From NCBI GenBank assembly GCA_964247055.1, contig OZ176053.1, positions 13,330,001 to 13,394,000 on the forward strand: a stretch of DNA of 64,000 nt. The letters are read 5' to 3'. Within the stretch, counting starts at the first letter, position 1. Every line of letters starts with the position of its first letter. Source of the DNA: Paragordius varius (Eukaryota > Animalia > Nematomorpha). Position numbers and translations under genes: made by a program. Under the pieces are notes generated by a model. It was not told the DNA's origin, searched no databases, and worked only from the letters and a program-made list of their open reading frames with translations. This document shows, piece by piece, positions 1-12,462 of the stretch.

Positions 1-178
1 ATTATTTTTTATACATTCTCTTAGTAGGACTACATATAAATATAGAGATAGTTTGACAAACTCTTTCATATCCGATTTTTACAACGATACTTTAAAAATT
101 AATGTATTAAACTAGTCGCATCAATACTCAAGTTAAACTTTGTCCTTAAAAATCGGATATTGGTCACCGGTGAACATA
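1..178 (+). repeat. Representative 178-bp monomer
   Basis: ATTATTTTTTATACATT starts at 1 and again at 179. The consensus has 49/178 G+C. It contains ACCGGT (AgeI), GGTCACC (BstEII) and ACTAGT (SpeI) once each. Confidence 0.97.
68..160. repeat. Perfect 14-bp inverted repeat inside the monomer (ATATCCGATTTTTA ... TAAAAATCGGATAT, 65-bp spacer)
   Basis: Positions 68-81 are the exact reverse complement of 147-160. Both arms are intact in most monomers. Confidence 0.95.
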
Positions 179-3100
179 ATTATTTTTTATACATTCTCTT
201 AGTAAGACTACATCAAAATATAGAGATTGTTTGACAAACTCTTTCATATCCGATTTTTACAACGATACTTTATAAATTAATGTATAAAACTAGTCGTATC
301 AATAAATCGCATCAATACTCAAGTTAAACTTTGTCCTTAAAAATCGGATATTGGTCACCGGTGAACAAAATTATTTTTTATACATTCTCTTAGTAGGACT
401 ACATCAAAATTAAGAGATAGTTTGGCAAACTCTTTCATATCCGATTTTTACAACGATACTTTAAAAATTAATGTATAAAACTAGTCGCATCAATACTAAA
501 GTTAAACTTTGTCATTAAAAATCGGATATTGGTCACCGGTGAACAAAATAATTTTTTATACATTCTCTTAGTAAGACTACATCAAAATATAGAAATAGTT
601 TGACAAACACTTTCATATCCGATTTTTACAACGATACTTTAAAAATTAATGTATTAAACTAGTCGCATCAATACTCATGTTAAACTTTGTCCTTAAAAAT
701 CGGATATTGGTCACGGGTGAACAAAATTATTTTTTATACATTCTCTTAGTAAGACTACATCAAATTATAGAGATAGTTTGACAAACTCTTTCATATCCGA
801 TTTTTACAATTAAACCAGTCGCATCAATACTCAAGTTAAACTTTGTCCTTAAAAATCGGATATTGGTCACCGGTGAACAAAATTATTTTTTATACATTCT
901 CTTAGTAGGACTACATATAAATATAGAGATAGTTTGACAAACTCTTTCATATCCGATTTTTACAACGATACTTTAAAAATTAATGTATAAAACTAGTCGC
1001 ATCAATACTCAAGTTAAACTTTGTCCTTAAAAATCGGATATTGGTCACCGGTGAACAAAATTATTTTTTATACATTCTCTTAGTAAGACTACATCAAAAT
1101 ATAGAGAATGTTTGACAAACTCTTTCATATCCGATTTTTACAACGATACTTTATAAATTAATGTATAAAACTAGTCGTATCAATAAATCGCATCAATACT
1201 CAAGTTAAACTTTGTCCTTAAAAATCGGATATTGGTCACCGGTAAACAAAATTATTTTTTATACATTCTCTTAGTAGGACTACATCAAAATATAGAGATA
1301 GTTTGGCAAACTCTTTCATATCCGATTTTTACAACGATACTTTATAATGTATAAAACTAGTCGCATCAATACTAAAGTTAAACTTTGTCCTTAAAAATCG
1401 GATATTGGTCACCGGTGAACAAAATAATTTTTTATACATTCTCTTAGTAAGACTACATCAAAATATAGAAATAGTTTGACAAACACTTTCATATCCGATT
1501 TTTACAACGATACTTTAAAAATTAATGTATTTAACTAGTCGCATCAATACTCATGTTAAACTTTGTCCTTAAAAATCGGATATTGGTCACGGGTGAACAA
1601 AATTATTTTTTATACATTCTCTTAGTAAGACTACATCAAATTATAGAGATAGTTTGACAAACTCTTTCATATCCGATTTTTACAATTAAACCAGTCGCAT
1701 CAATACTCAAGTTAAACTTTGTCCTTAAAAATCGGATATTGGTCACCGGTGAACAAAATTATTTTTTATACATTCTCTTAGTAAGACTACATCAAAATAT
1801 AGAGATTGTTTGACAAACTCTTTCATATCCGATTTTTACAACGATACTTTAAAAATTAATGTATAAAACTAGTCGTATCAATAAATCGCATCAATACTCA
1901 AGTTAAACTTTGTCCTTAAAAATCGGATATTGGTCACCGGTGAACAAAATTATTTTTTATACATTCTCTTAGTAGGACTACATCAAAATTAAGAGATAGT
2001 TTGGCAAACTCTTTCATATCCGATTTTTACAACGATACTTTAAAAATTAATGTATAAAACTAGTCGCATCAATACTAAAGTTAAACTTTGTCATTAAAAA
2101 TCGGATATTGGTCACCGGTGAACAAAATAATTTTTTATACATTCTCTTAGTAAGACTACATCAAAATATAGAAATAGTTTGACAAACACTTTCATATCCG
2201 ATTTTTACAACGATATTTTAAAAATTAATGTATTAAACTAGTCGCATCAATACTCATGTTAAACTTTGTCCTTAAAAATCGGATATTGGTCACGGGTGAA
2301 CAAAATTATTTTTTATACATTCTCTTAGTAAGACTACATCAAATTATAGAGATAGTTTGACAAACTCTTTCATATCCGATTTTTACAATTAAACCAGTCG
2401 CATCAATACTCAAGTTAAACTTTGCCCTTAAAAATCGGATATTGGTCACGGGTGAACAAAATTATTTTTTATACATTCTCTTAGTAGGACTACATATAAA
2501 TATAGAGATAGTTTGACAAACTCTTTCATATCCGATTTTTACAACGATACTTTAAAAATTAATGTATTAAACTAGTCGCATCAATACTCAAGTTAAACTT
2601 TGTCCTTAAAAATCGGATATTGGTCACCGGTGAACAAAATTATTTTTTACACATTCTCTTAGTAAGACTACATCAAAATATAGAGATTGTTTGACAAACT
2701 CTTTCATATCCGATTTTTACAACGATACTTTATAAATTAATGTATAAAACTAGTCGTATCAATAAATCGCATCAATACTCAAGTTAAACTTTGTCCTTAA
2801 AAATCGGATATTGGTCACCGGTGAACAAAATTATTTTTTATACATTCTCTTAGTAAGACTACATCAAAATATAGAGATAGTTTGGCAAACTCTTTCATAT
2901 CCGATTTTTACAACGATACTTTAAAAATTAATGTATAAAACTAGTCGCATCAATACTAAAGTTAAACTTTGTCCTTAAAAATCGGATATTGGTCACCGGT
3001 GAACAAAATAATTTTTTATACATTCTCTTAGTAAGACTACATCAAAATATAGAAATAGTTTGACAAACACTTTCATATCCGATTTTTACAACGATACTTT

Positions 3101-6100
3101 AAAAATTAATGTATTAAACTAGTCGCATCAATACTCAAGTTAAACTTTGTCCTTAAAAATCGGATATTGGTCACCGGTGAACAAAATTATTTTTTATACA
3201 TTCTCTTAGTAGGACTACATCAAAATATAGAGATAGTTTGGCAAACTTTTTCATATCCGATTTTTACAACGATACTTTAAAAATTAATGTATAAAACTAG
3301 TCGTATCAATAAATCGCATCAATACTCAACTTAAACTTTGTCCTTAAAAATCGGATATTGGTCACCGGTGAACAAAATTATTTTTTATACATTCTCTCAG
3401 TAAGACTACATCAAAATATAGAGATAGTTTGACAAACTCTTTCATATCCGATTTTTACAACGATACTTTAAAAATAATGTGTTAAACTAGTCGCATCAAT
3501 ACTCAAGTTAAACTTTGTCCTTAAAAATCGGATATTGGTCACCGGTGAACAAAATTATTTTTTATACATTCTCTTCGTAAGACTACATCAAAATATAGAG
3601 ATAGTTTGACAAACTCTTTCATATCCGATTTTTACAACGATACTTTAAAAATTAATGTATAAAACTAGTCGTATCAATAAATCGCATCAATACTCAAGTT
3701 AAACTTTGTCCTTAAAAATCGGATATTGGTCCCCGGTGAACAAAATTATTTTTTATACATTCTCTTAGTAGGACTACATCAAAATATAGAGATAGTTTGG
3801 CAAACTCTTTCATATCCGATTTTTACAACGATACTTTAAAAATTAATGTATAAAACTAGTCGCATCAATACTAAAGTTAAACTTTGTCCTTAAAAATCGG
3901 ATATTGGTCACCGGTGAACAAAATAATTTTTGATACATTCTCTTAGTAAGACTACATCAAAATATAGAGATAGTTTGACAAACTCTTTCATATCCGATTT
4001 TTACAACGATACTTTAAAAATTATGGTATTAAACCAGTCGCATCAATACTCAAGTTAAACTTTGTCCTTAAAAATCGAATATTGGTCACCGGTGAACAAA
4101 ATAATTTTTTTACATTCTCTTAGTAAGACTACATCAAAATATAGAGAATGTTTGACAAACTCTTTCATATCCGATTTTTACAACGATACTTTATAAATTA
4201 ATGTATAAAACTAGTCGTATCAATAAATCGCATCAATACTCAAGTTAAACTTTGTCCTTAAAAATCGGATATTGGTCACCGGTAAACAAAATTATTTTTT
4301 ATACATTCTCTTAGTAGGACTACATCAAAATATAGAGATAGTTTGGCAAACTCTTTCATATCCGATTTTTACAACGATACTTTATAATGTATAAAACTAG
4401 TCGCATCAATACTAAAGTTAAACTTTGTCCTTAAAAATCGGATATTGGTCACCGGTGAACAAAATAATTTTTTATACATTCTCTTAGTAAGACTACATCA
4501 AAATATAGAAATAGTTTGACAAACACTTTCATATCCGATTTTTACAACGATACTTTAAAAATTAATGTATTTAACTAGTCGCATCATAACTCATGTTAAA
4601 CTTTGTCCTTAAAAATCGGATATTGGTCACGGGTGAACAAAATTATTTTTTATACATTCTCTTAGTAAGACTACATCAAATTATAGAGATAGTTTGACAA
4701 ACTCTTTCATATCCGATTTTTACAATTAAACCAGTCGCATCAATACTCAAGTTAAACTTTGTCCTTAAAAATCGGATATTGGTCACCGGTGAACAAAATT
4801 ATTTTTTATACATTCTCTTAGTAAGACTACATCAAAATATAGAGATTGTTTGACAAACTCTTTCATATCCGATTTTTACAACGATACTTTAAAAATTAAT
4901 GTATAAAACTAGTCGTATCAATAAATCGCATCAATACTCAAGTTAAACTTTGTCCTTAAAAATCGGATATTGGTCACCGGTGAACAAAATTATTTTTTAT
5001 ACATTCTCTTAGTAGGACTGCATCAAAATTAAGAGATAGTTTGGCAAACTCTTTCATATCCGATTTTTACAACGATACTTTAAAAATTAATGTATAAAAC
5101 TAGTCGCATCAATACTAAAGTTAAACTTTGTCATTAAAAATCGGATATTGGTCACCGGTGAACAAAATAATTTTTTATACATTCTCTTAGTAAGACTACA
5201 TCAAAATATAGAAATAGTTTGACAAACACTTTCATATCCGATTTTTACAACGATACTTTAAAAATTAATGTATTAAACTAGTCGCATCAATACTCATGTT
5301 AAACTTTGTCCTTAAAAATCGGATATTGGTCACGGGTGAACAAAATTATTTTTTATACATTCTCTTAGTAAGACTACATCAAATTATAGAGATAGTTTGA
5401 CAAACTCTTTCATATCCGATTTTTACAATTAAACCAGTCGCATCAATACTCAAGTTAAACTTTGTCCTTAAAAATCGGATATTGGTCACCGGTGAACAAA
5501 ATTATTTTTTATACATTCTCTTAGTAGGACTACATATAAATATAGAGATAGTTTGACAAACTCTTTCATATCCGATTTTTACAACGATACTTTAAAAATT
5601 AATGTATTAAACTAGTCGCATCAATACTCAAGTTAAACTTTGTCCTTAAAAATCGGATATTGGTCACCGGTGAACAAAATTATTTTTTATACATTCTCTT
5701 AGTAAGACTACATCAAAATATAGAGATTGTTTGACAAACTCTTTCATATCCGATTTTTACAACGATACTTTATAAATTAATGTATAAAACTAGTCGTATC
5801 AATAAATCGCATCAATACTCAAGTTAAACTTTGTCCTTAAAAATCGGATATTGGTCACCGGTGAACAAAATTATTTTTTATACATTCCCTTAGTAGGACT
5901 ACATCAAAATATAGAGATAGTTTGGCAAACTCTTTCATATCCGATTTTTACAACGATACTTTAAAAATTAATGTATAAAACTAGTCGCATCAATACTAAA
6001 GTTAAACTTTGTCCTTAAAAATCGGATATTGGTCACCGGTGAACAAAATAATTTTTTATACATTCTCTTAGTAAGACTACATCAAAATATAGAAATAGTT

Positions 6101-9100
6101 TGACAAACACTTTCATATCCGATTTTTACAACGATACTTTAAAAATTAATGTATTAAACTAGTCGCATCAATACTCATGTTAAACTTTGTCCTTAAAAAT
6201 CGGATATTGGTCACGGGTGAACAAAATTATTTTTTATTCATTCTCTTAGTAAGACTACATCAAATTATAGAGATAGTTTGACAAACTCTTTCATATCCGA
6301 TTTTTACAATTAAACCAGTCGCATCAATACTCAAGTTAAACTTTGTCCTTAAAAATCGAATATTGGTCACCGGTGAACAAAATTATTTTTTATACATTCT
6401 CTTAGTAAAACTACATCAAAATATAGAGATAGTTTGACAAACTCTTTCATATCCGATTTTTACAACGATACTTTAAAAATTAATGTGTTAAACTAGTCGC
6501 ATAAATACTCAAGTTAAACTTTGTCCTTAAAAATCGGATATTGGTCACCGGTGAACAAAATTATTTTTTATACATTCTCTTAGTAAGACTACATCAAAAT
6601 ATAGAGATTGTTTGACAAACTCTTTCATATCCGATTTTTACAACGATACTTTATAAATTAATGTATAAAACTAGTCGTATCAATAAATCGCATCAATACT
6701 CAAGTTAAACTTTGTCCTTAAAAATCGGATATTGGTCACCGGTGAACAAAATTATTTTTTATACATTCTCTTAGTAGGACTACATCAAAATTAAGAGATA
6801 GTTTGGCAAACTCTTTCATATCCGATTTTTACAACGATACTTTAAAAATTAATGTATAAAACTAGTCGCATCAATACTAAAGTTAAACTTTGTCATTAAA
6901 AATCGGATATTGGTCACCGGTGAACAAAATAATTTTTTATACATTCTCTTAGTAGGACTACATCAAAATATAGAAATAGTTTGACAAACACTTTCATATC
7001 CGATTTTTACAACGATACTTTAAAAATTAATGTATTAAACTAGTCGCATCAATACTCATGTTAAACTTTGTCCTTAAAAATCGGATATTGGTCACGGGTG
7101 AACAAAATTATTTTTTATACATTCTCTTAGTAAGACTACATCAAATTATAGAGATAGTTTGACAAACTCTTTCATATCCGATTTTTACAATTAAACCAGT
7201 CGCATCAACACTCAAGTTAAACTTTGTCCTTAAAAATCGGATATTGGTCACCGGTGAACAAAATTATTTTTTATACATTCTCTTAGTAGGACTACATATA
7301 AATATAGAGATAGTTTGACAAACTCTTTCATATCCGATTTTTACAACGATACTTTAAAAATTAATGTATTAAACTAGTCGCATCAATACTCAAGTTAAAC
7401 TTTGTCCTTAAAAATCGGATATTGGTCACCGGTGAACAAAATTATTTTTTATACATTCTCTTAGTAAGACTACATCAAAATATAGAGAATGTTTGACAAA
7501 CTCTTTCATATCCGATTTTTACAACGATACTTTATAAATTAATGTATAAAACTAGTCGTATCAATAAATCGCATCAATACTCAAGTTAAACTTTGTCCTT
7601 AAAAATCGGATATTGGTCACCGGTGAACAAAATTATTTTTTATACATTCTCTTAGTAGGACTACATCAAAATATAGAGATAGTTTGGCAAACTCTTTCAT
7701 ATCCGATTTTTACAACGATACTTTAAAAATTAATGTATAAAACTAGTCGCATCAATACTAAAGTTAAACTTTGTCCTTAAAAATCGGATATTGGTCACCG
7801 GTGAACAAAATAATTTTTTATACATTCTCTTAGTAAGACTACATCAAAATATAGAAATAGTTTGACAAACACTTTCATATCCGATTTTTACAACGATACT
7901 TTAAAAATTAATGTATAAAACTAGTCGCATCAATACTAAAGTTAAACTTTGTCATTAAAAATCGGATATTGGTCACCGGTGAACAAAATAATTTTTTATA
8001 CATTCTCTTAGTAAGACTACATCAAAATATAGAAATAGTTTGGCAAACTCTTTCATATCCGATTTTTACAACGATACTTTAAAAATTAATGTATAAAACT
8101 AGTCGCATCAATACTAAAGTTAAATTTTGTCCTTACAAATCGGATATTGGTCACCGGTGAACAAAATAATTTTTTATACATTCTCTTAGTAAGACTACAT
8201 CAAAATATAGAAATAGCTTGACAAACACTTTCATATCCGATTTTTACAACGATACTTTAAAAATTAATGTATTAAACTAGTCGCATCAATACTCATGTTA
8301 AACTTTGTCCTTAAAAATCGGATATTGGTCACGGGTGAACAAAATTATTTTTTATACATTCTCTTAGTAAGACTACATCAAATTATAGAGATAGTTTGAC
8401 AAACTCTTTCATATCCGATTTTTACAATTAAACCAGTCGCATCAATACTCAAGTTAAACTTTGTCCTTAAAAATCGAATATTGGTCACCGGTGAACAAAA
8501 TTATTTTTTATACATTCTCTTAGTAAAACTACATCAAAATATAGAGATAGTTTGACAAACTCTTTCATATCCGATTTTTACAACGATACTTTAAAAATTA
8601 ATGTATAAAACTAGTCGCATCAATACTAAAGTTAAACTTTGTCCTTAAAAATCGGATATTGGTCACCGGTGAACAAAATAATTTTTTATACATTCTCTTA
8701 GTAAGACTACATCAAAATATAGAAATAGTTTGACAAACACTTTCATATCCGATTTTTACAACGATACTTTAAAAATTAATGTATAAAACTAGTCGCATCA
8801 ATACTAAAGTTAAACTTTGTCATTAAAAATCGGATATTGGTCACCGGTGAACAAAATAATTTTTTATACATTCTCTTAGTAAGACTACATCAAAATATAG
8901 AAATAGTTTGGCAAACTCTTTCATATCCGATTTTTACAACGATACTTTAAAAATTAATGTATAAAACTAGTCGCATCAATACTAAAGTTAAATTTTGTCC
9001 TTACAAATCGGATATTGGTCACCGGTGAACAAAATAATTTTTTATACATTCTCTTAGTAAGACTACATCAAAATATAGAAATAGCTTGATAAACACTTTC

Positions 9101-12100
9101 ATATCCGATTTTTACAACGATACTTTAAAAATTAATGTATTAAACTAGTCGCATCAATACTCATGTTAAACTTTGTCCTTAAAAATCGGATATTGGTCAC
9201 GGGTGAACAAAATTATTTTTTATACATTCTCTTAGTAAGACTACATCAAATTATAGAGATAGTTTGACAAACTCTTTCATATCCGATTTTTACAATTAAA
9301 CCAGTCGCATCAATACTCAAGTTAAACTTTGTCCTTAAAAATCGAATATTGGTCACCGGTGAACAAAATTATTTTTTATACATTCTCTTAGTAAAACTAC
9401 ATCAAAATATAGAGATAGTTTGACAAACTCTTTCATATCCGATTTTTACAACGATACTTTAAAAATTAATGTGTTAAACTAGTCGCATAAATACTCAAGT
9501 TAAACTTTGTCCTTAAAAATCGGATATTGGTCACCGGTGAACAAAATAATTTTTTATACATTCTCTTAGTAAGACTACATCAAAATATAGAGATAGTTTG
9601 ACAAACTCTTTCATATCCGATTTTTACAACGATACTTTAAAAATTAATGTATAAAACTAGTCGTATCAATAAATCGCATCAATACTCAAGTTAAACTTTG
9701 TCCTTAAAAATCGGATATTGGTCACCGGTGAACAAAATTATTTTTTATACATTCTCTTAGTAGGACTACATCAAAATTAAGAGATAGTTTGGCAAACTCT
9801 TTCATATCCGATTTTTACAACGATACTTTAAAAATTAATGTATAAAACTAGTCGCATCAATACTAAAGTTAAACTTTGTCCTTAAAAATCGGATATTGGT
9901 CACCGGTGAACAAAATAATTTTTTATACATTCTCTTAGTAAGACTACATCAAAATATAGAAATAGTTTGACAAACACTTTCATATCCGATTTTTACAACG
10001 ATACTTTAAAAATTAATGTATTAAACTAGTCGCATCACTACTCATGTTAAACTTTGTCCTTAAAAATCGGATATTGGTCACGGGTGAACAAAATTATTTT
10101 TTATACATTCTCTTAGTAAGACTACATCAAATTATAGAGATAGTTTGACAAACTCTTTCATATCCGATTTTTACAATTAAACCAGTCGCATCAATACTCA
10201 AGTTAAACTTTGTCCTTAAAAATCGGATATTGGTCACCGGTGAACAAAATTATTTTTTATACATTCTCTTAGTAAAACTACATCAAAATATAGAGATAGT
10301 TTGACAAACTCTTTCATATCCGATTTTTACAACGATACTTTAAAAATTAATGTATAAAACTAGTCGCATCAATATTCATGTTAAACTTTGTCCTTAAAAA
10401 TCGGATATTGGTCACGGGTGAACAAAATTATTTTTTATACATTCTCTTAGTAAGACTACATCAAATTATAGAGATAGTTTGACAAACTCTTTCATATCCG
10501 ATTTTTACAATTAAACCAGTCGCATCAATACTCAAGTTAAACTTTGTCCTTAAAAATCGGATATTGGTCACCGGTGAACAAAATTATTTTTTATACATTC
10601 TCTTAGTAGTACTACATATAAATATAGAGATAGTTTGACAAACTCTTTCATATCCGATTTTTACAACGATACTTTAAAAATTAATGTATTAAACTAGCAT
10701 CAATACTCAAGTTAAACTTTGTCCTTAAAAATCGGATATTGGTCACCGGTGAACAAAATTATTTTTTATACATTCTCTTAGTAAGACTACATCAAATTAT
10801 AGAGATAGTTTGACAAACTCTTTCATATCCGATTTTTACAATTAAACCAGTCGCATCAATACTCAAGTTAAACTTTGTCCTTAAAAATCGGATATTGGTC
10901 ACCGGTGAACAAAATTATTTTTTATACATTCTCTTAGTAAAACTACATCAAAATATAGAGATAGTTTGACAAACTCTTTCATATCCGATTTTTACAACGA
11001 TACTTTAAAAATTAATGTATAAAACTAGTCGCATCAATATTCATGTTAAACTTTGTCCTTAAAAATCGGATATTGGTCACGGGTGAACAAAATTATTTTT
11101 TATACATTCTCTTAGTAAGACTACATCAAATTATAGAGATAGTTTGACAAACTCTTTCATATCCGATTTTTACAATTAAACCAGTCGCATCAATACTCAA
11201 GTTAAACTTTGTCCTTAAAAATCGGATATTGGTCACCGGTGAACAAAATTATTTTTTATACATTCTCTTAGTAGGACTACATATAAATATAGAGATAGTT
11301 TGACAAACTCTTTCATATCCGATTTTTACAACGATACTTTAAAAATTAATGTGTTAAACTAGTCGCATAAATACTCAAGTTAAACTTTGTCCTTAAAAAT
11401 CGGATATTGGTCACCGGTGAACAAAATAATTTTTTATACATTCTCTTAGTAAGACTACATCAAAATATAGAGATAGTTTGACAAACTCTTTCATATCCGA
11501 TTTTTACAACGATACTTTAAAAATTAATGTATAAAACTAGTCGTATCAATAAATCGCATCAATACTCATGTTAAACTTTGTCCTTAAAAATCGGATATTG
11601 GTCACGGGTGAACAAAATTATTTTTTATACATTCTCTTAGTAAGACTACATCAAATTATAGAGATAGTTTGACAAACTCTTTCATATCCGATTTTTACAA
11701 TTAAACCAGTCGCATCAATACTCAAGTTAAACTTTGTCCTTAAAAATCGGATATTGGTCACCGGTGAACAAAATTATTTTTTATACATTCTCTTAGTAGG
11801 ATTACATATAAATATAGAGATAGTTTGACAAACTCTTTCATATCCGATTTTTACAACGATACTTTAAAAATTAATGTATTAAACTAGTCGCATCAATACT
11901 CAAGTTAAACTTTGTCCTTAAAAATCGGATATTGGTCACCGGTGAACAAAATTATTTTTTATACATTCTCTTAGTAAGACTACATCAAAATATAGAGATT
12001 GTTTGACAAACTGTTTCATATCCGATTTTTACAACGATACTTTAAAAATTAATGTATTAAACTAGTCGCATCAATACTCATGTTAAACTTTGTCCTTAAA

Positions 12101-12462
12101 AATCGGATATTGGTCACGGGTGAACAAAATTATTTTTTATACATTCTCTTAGTAAGACTACATCAAATTATAGAGATAGTTTGACAAACTCTTTTATATC
12201 CGATTTTTACAATTAAACCAGTCGCATCAATACTCAAGTTAAACTTTGTCCTTAAAAATCGGATATTGGTCACCGGTGAACAAAATTATTTTTTATACAT
12301 TCTCTTAGTAAAACTACATCAAAATATAGAGATAGTTTGACAAACTCTTTCATATCCGATTTTTACAACGATACTTTAAAAATTAATGTGTTAAACTAGT
12401 CGCATCAATACTCAAGTTAAACTTTGTCCTTAAAAATCGGATATTAGTCACCGGTGAACAAA

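Larger units (their letters stand above)
1..12100 (+). repeat. HOR domain A: 881-bp 5-mer (178+191+178+178+156) with 876-, 868-, 703- and ~334-bp derivatives
   Basis: Unit starts at 1, 882, 1758 and 2461. The ordered markers CATATAAAT / 13-bp insertion / AATTAAGAG+CTAAAG / AGAAATAG+CAAACAC+CACGGGTG / 22-bp deletion recur. The end coordinate is approximate. Confidence 0.88.

Noticed and set aside
33-45. TATAAA / TATA-like and -10-like promoter motifs
   Set aside because: These are expected by chance in 72% AT sequence, occur in only some monomers, and have no downstream gene.
7-111. Intact MITE defined by either inverted-repeat pair
   Set aside because: No target-site duplication flanks either pair and no autonomous element is present. 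It is kept only as an origin hypothesis.
68-160. Selection on base pairing of the 14-bp inverted repeat, or a structured ncRNA
   Set aside because: Arm variants (ATATCTGA, ATACCCGA, TCCAATT, AATCGAAT, CATAGA) show no compensatory change in the partner arm.
1-178. Identity with Arabidopsis CEN178 or primate alpha satellite; CENP-B box
   Set aside because: Only the length is similar. There is no AAGCTT site or recognisable CEN178 sequence, and no TTCG....A..CGGG motif in the consensus.
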